Part shown: one piece after another, positions 60,060 to 64,000 of the stretch
Layout: each line of letters starts with the position of its first letter
How positions within the stretch are numbered: position 1 is the first letter of the stretch
Origin: Takakia lepidozioides
Lineage: Eukaryota > Plantae > Bryophyta
DNA length: 64,000 nucleotides
Reading direction: 5' to 3'
Assembly: GCA_030704615.1 (NCBI GenBank)
Contig: CM060732.1
Coordinates: forward strand, 2,046,001 to 2,110,000
The notes under the pieces: model-generated
Databases searched by the model: none
The model's input: only the letters and a program-made list of their open reading frames with translations
Told to the model about the DNA's origin: nothing
Made by a program: the position numbers and the translations under genes

Positions 60060-63000
60060 AAGTGTCACAGTCATCACAATCAGTATCGACCTCCTGTGCT
60101 ATGTCATCCACAAAGATTCTGGCCCCAACACCACGTCTTCTACCACGGCCGTCGATGGTTGGACTGCAAGTGCCATGAACGGACATGCTTGTTGTGAGTG
60201 CCTCCGCATAGACATGTAGCACGTAAGACAGAGGAGGACTTGAAAGAAGTCCAAAAAGGTGTGATAGCCCTGGAGGGTCAGTGGAAGCATGCGGACTCCT
60301 GCTCAAGTCGACAAAAACCCATTTTGAACACAATGATGCAATGCACAAGTCCAACGAAGAGGATGTCTCCCATGTGCACTTTGCCTTAAGAACAGTGATT
60401 CTGAGTATTGAAACAACAATGCAAGCATCCACAGGTTGAACTTACCGTCACAGGCAAAGTCGGAGTCCAGCTCCTTGTCAGAAACCTCCCCTGTATCAAT
60501 ATCACCGGGAAGGGGCTTCGGAAGGACTTGAGAAGTGTGTCCACCCAAATCCATCAGGAGGTTCTTGTAAATCTCAGCATCCCCTTCAATCCCAAAGAGA
60601 TGTCGCGCACTGGCCTTGCAAGCGTGGTACGAAGCACCTGCAGTGGAATAGAATGAAGGAAACAGACATTGAAAACACGCACCGTGTCAAGGAACTCCAC
60701 AATCCTCTCCCACACTGGTGATGGCTCGCCCTTGTAATCAGATTTCTTGGACTCCATCATGGCAAGGAACCCGACGTTGGCCATCTCCAACCTGGTAGGG
60801 CGAATGACCCTAGTGGGATGCTCCACTGCATGGTACGGGTCCTTGGGATCAACCACCCCCTTGTTCTTTCTCCCGGATCCCCTACCATGCAGTGGAGTCT
60901 GCAGGACATCCACCACAGGGCCAGTATCTGCAACACTTCCCTGCCCACCTACCTGCCCTTGTCCCCCCTTCCCCCTACCCCTTCATTTTCCCACACCACC
61001 AGCAACATCCTTTCTCTTTGCCTTTCTACCTCTACCCAGGGTATCCTGAGCGGGAGGCTCCTTCTCTGCAAGAGTCCTCAAATTTCTATCATGAATGTCG
61101 AGGTCGGCTGCTGCGGCGGTGGCTGCTATACGCTCATTCTCTCTCCTCAAAGACACCTCCTGAGCTGGGGTCTCAGAAGTAGGGCAATCCAAATACCAAC
61201 CACAAGCAGAAAGATGGTCTGGGCCCCAGTCATGCAAGATCCCCGTAGTAAATATGGTCTAGTTGTCAGCAAGGATAAGCCAAAGGTCCACGAAATCAGG
61301 ATGTTTGTCCAAGCAGTTCTCTGCCATGAGAACATACTTTATGTACCTGCAGGAACAGAGATAGCCTCATTGTGCAATGCAATTATTGTCTCCCAGCTTT
61401 TCCACTACATCACGAAGACCCCCTAAAAGAGTATGCGGCACAGTACACTGCAACCACCGCATACAAAATAGCCTGAAGGGCCCAGGGTGTGCACGTTGGT
61501 GTTACTACACATGGATAGAACAAATGAGTGTGCGGCACCGCAAACTCATATGAGCCAGCAAATGTCTTTGCAAAACAAAGAAACACAATCCATTTCACAC
61601 TTGTAAAGACATCGTTTCCAGGCTTCCTCTCCTTTCTCTTGCTGGTCAAGCTCATTTGTTCGACTGATGTCACCCTCCTTGCTGAACTCTCTGAAGAAAC
61701 AAGATTGCCACATTGTAGCTCTCCATTTCCTCATGTATGCTTGGAAGGAGACCTTCGGTGCTGTCATAGTGATCCCATAGTCAGCCAGCTGCGTATGTAG
61801 ACCGACCGGGCCCTTTCCTCCAACTGCAAAACAATTCAAATGCAAGAATGAACACAAAAACAATCACAGCCAATGCAACATGGAAAGAGAATGACAGAAA
61901 AAGCGAAAAGAAAGTGACAAAGCAAAGGACATTATACCTGGCTCCAGTAAGTGGCCTTGTGAAGCCATGTGTCCAGCACATTGTCACTGACAGGAATGAC
62001 ACGCTGGGTCTTCTTCTCTTTCTCCGGCCTGAGGAACATGTGGGTATCCCTAACAGTGGGATCGGAGCTCCATATCTATAGCCACTTCACCTTCTGTTCT
62101 GAAGACACAACGGCGGTAGACAACTTGTGTAACTTCTCCTGGTGTGGCAGTCAGCTCTTTCTGGATGTGACTCTCAACCCCCTTTGCTGTCCTTCTCTCC
62201 TCAGGGGTAGAGCTGTAGTATTCCAGTTTGCCACGCTCTCCTGCATCTGCAATGTCTTGCTGCAAGGGAATGCACGAGAGTTGCATCAATCCAAGGGCAA
62301 CGGAAACAAACAGAAAAAAACATTTGGAAGCAGGAATATCAAAAGGCCAGATGATGGAAGATGTATCTCACCGCGTACATATACTCCATGACAGCCTCAC
62401 GGGTCAACGAGTACCACGTTTCTGATGTCTTCGAGCTTTTCAACTTCTTGTACGTCTCTTCTGAAAGGATGGTCTTGAAGTTGGTTAAGGGCATCTGCCC
62501 GATCCTTTGTATCATGTATAGTGTATGAACCAGACTCGTTTTGACATGCGATGTCTCCGTCCCTCTGCAGAATGATGTGTGAAAGTCAGAATGAAATTCA
62601 AAAACCGTCAACAGAGGACTGGAACAAAAGAACCACAGAACCACAACTGGAACATGTAGAATGAGAAACCAACCTGTTCACATCATTCATTGCCGTAAGA
62701 AGACCCATCATGTTCCCGTCACAATCTAACACCATCGGTCGAACAGAGTAATGCCACTCTTCCTCTTGTGAGTGCAGCCTCCCAATGACAGCCATCCATG
62801 CAAGCAACAGGTGGTTGCCATCCCATACGTGAAACATCTTCCCTAAAAATGCCTGGGTCGAAGGTACCCTGGAGAGAAGAAGTTCGAAGGATTCGTTCAC
62901 CTGTCTCCAAATGGGATCCCAGGAGTCCACGATTGACTCATCCACAAGGAGCTCATTGCCTCTGGAATCCCTAGTAGAAACGTAAAAGACTGCGGATCCA

Positions 63001-63275
63001 TCCAAATACCCATGAACAAACTCGGCCTCCAGCTTCACGATGTCCTTGATGAGGGGTGGACGAACGACGGGCATGGAAACCAACCTACACAGGGGAATCT
63101 TCAACCTCCCACCCGGGGCAAGTATACTTTGCACCACAACCTGAGAGTTTACCTTCTGACCCCCCAGCATCTCAGCGGCTTTGCTTTCATAGAACTCATC
63201 GTCCACATCAGCAATGATCTCCTTCCCCTGCCCCGAAGGGTTCTCATCCGCCACCCTTTGCATCTGCTCCTGCAA
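60060..63275 (-). pseudogene. ParB/Sulfiredoxin-like domain gene, copy 2 (multi-exon, several lesions), directly upstream of the MULE transposase
   Basis: RLKIPLCRLVSMPVVRPPLIKDIVKLEAEFVHGY...FYVS...MFHVWDGNHLLLAW resembles the ParB/Srx N-terminal fold with its DG(N/H)HR motif. GT-AG introns at ~62673-62565 and ~62371-62261. The 3' end is uncertain. Confidence 0.72.
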
Positions 63276-63384
63276 GGTTGTTCATTCAAATTGATATGAG
63301 AGATAGGCAAGAAATGATGGTGTTTTGAGCATGGCAGACAGGCCCTGTGTGGTCCAATCTCTCATCAGAAAACAAGCAGTGTGG

Positions 63385-64000
63385 GGGCCGAAAACAGTGT
63401 GCGTTGCCGCACACTGTTTCAGCTTCCAAATAGGGGTATTTTGAACATGACATTTGGCCCTATGTGGCACATTACCACATAAAAAAACAGGCAGAGAGGG
63501 GGCCAAGAAGCGGGCACAAACAGTGCGCGTTGCCACACACTGTTCGTGCTTCCAACTATGGGTGTATTGAGCATGCATACTGGCCCTGTTGGCCCAATTT
63601 TCACTTCAAAAAACAAGAAGAGAGGGGGCTCAAAATAGTATGCGTTGCCGCACACTGTTTGAGCTTCCAATAAAGGTTGGATTCAACCTGCCAGAGTGGC
63701 CCTAGGTGCGCGAATTTCACATCAAAAAACAAGCAAATAAGGGGCTCAAACAGTGTGCGTTGCCGCACACTGATTGAGCTTCCAATAAGGGGTGATTTGA
63801 ACATGGCATAGTGGCCCTAAGTGGCCAATTTTCAAATAAAAAAATAGGCAGTCAAGGGGGCACAAACAGTGTGCGTTGCCGCACACTGTTTGAGCTTCCA
63901 TTTCGGGGTGGATTCAACCTACCAGAGTGGCCCTAAGGGCCCAAATTTCACATGAAAAAACAAGCAGAGAGGGGGCTCAAAACAGTGTGCGTTGCCGCAC
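63385..64000. repeat. Tandem array (period ~116-125 bp, >=6 units), each unit containing the 28-bp palindrome AAACAGTGTGCG-TTGC-CGCACACTGTTT
   Basis: Palindromes at ~63392, 63518, 63633, 63748, 63864 and 63980. The flanks are related but more diverged. Confidence 0.92.

Noticed and set aside
60200-60330. DPPG resembling the DPPY motif of a ParB-fused amino-methyltransferase
   Set aside because: It is a single imperfect 4-residue match in an uncertain frame, and no SAM-binding FxGxG motif was seen. An HHpred search of the spliced protein would be needed.
63385-64000. CRISPR-like appearance (palindromic repeats with spacers)
   Set aside because: The linkers are ~90 bp and homologous to each other, there are no cas genes, and the context is eukaryotic.

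Overview
This is eukaryotic DNA, almost certainly from a land plant, and probably a non-seed plant (inferred from PLS-class PPR fragments, a plant S6PDH/M6PR-type aldo-keto reductase relic, GT-AG introns and a Tat/Athila-like Gypsy RT). It is a densely nested transposon cluster with two 500-N gaps (9643-10142, 55143-55641), and no prokaryotic genes, RNA genes or CRISPR arrays were found. Main contents: (i) 1-9642 is a near-identical inverted copy of 43314-52979; (ii) several CACTA/EnSpm elements, with termini at 5856, 9551, 19145, 43405 and 47094, a degenerate TnpD-type transposase and a TnpA-like gene; (iii) two Mutator (MULE) transposase remnants, each lying downstream of a related intron-containing gene with a ParB/Sulfiredoxin-like N-terminal domain; (iv) a truncated Gypsy retrotransposon; (v) a piggyBac transposase remnant; (vi) four non-autonomous insertions with 8-bp TSDs, one carrying a PPR-derived tandem array. 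The most striking theme is that these DNA transposons appear to carry unusual accessory genes: a ParB-like gene preceded by an array of 28-bp palindromes, a SET-domain gene beside the CACTA transposase, and a divergent HECT E3 ligase behind a CACTA terminus. All domain calls come from recognising motifs by eye and need HMM or structure confirmation.
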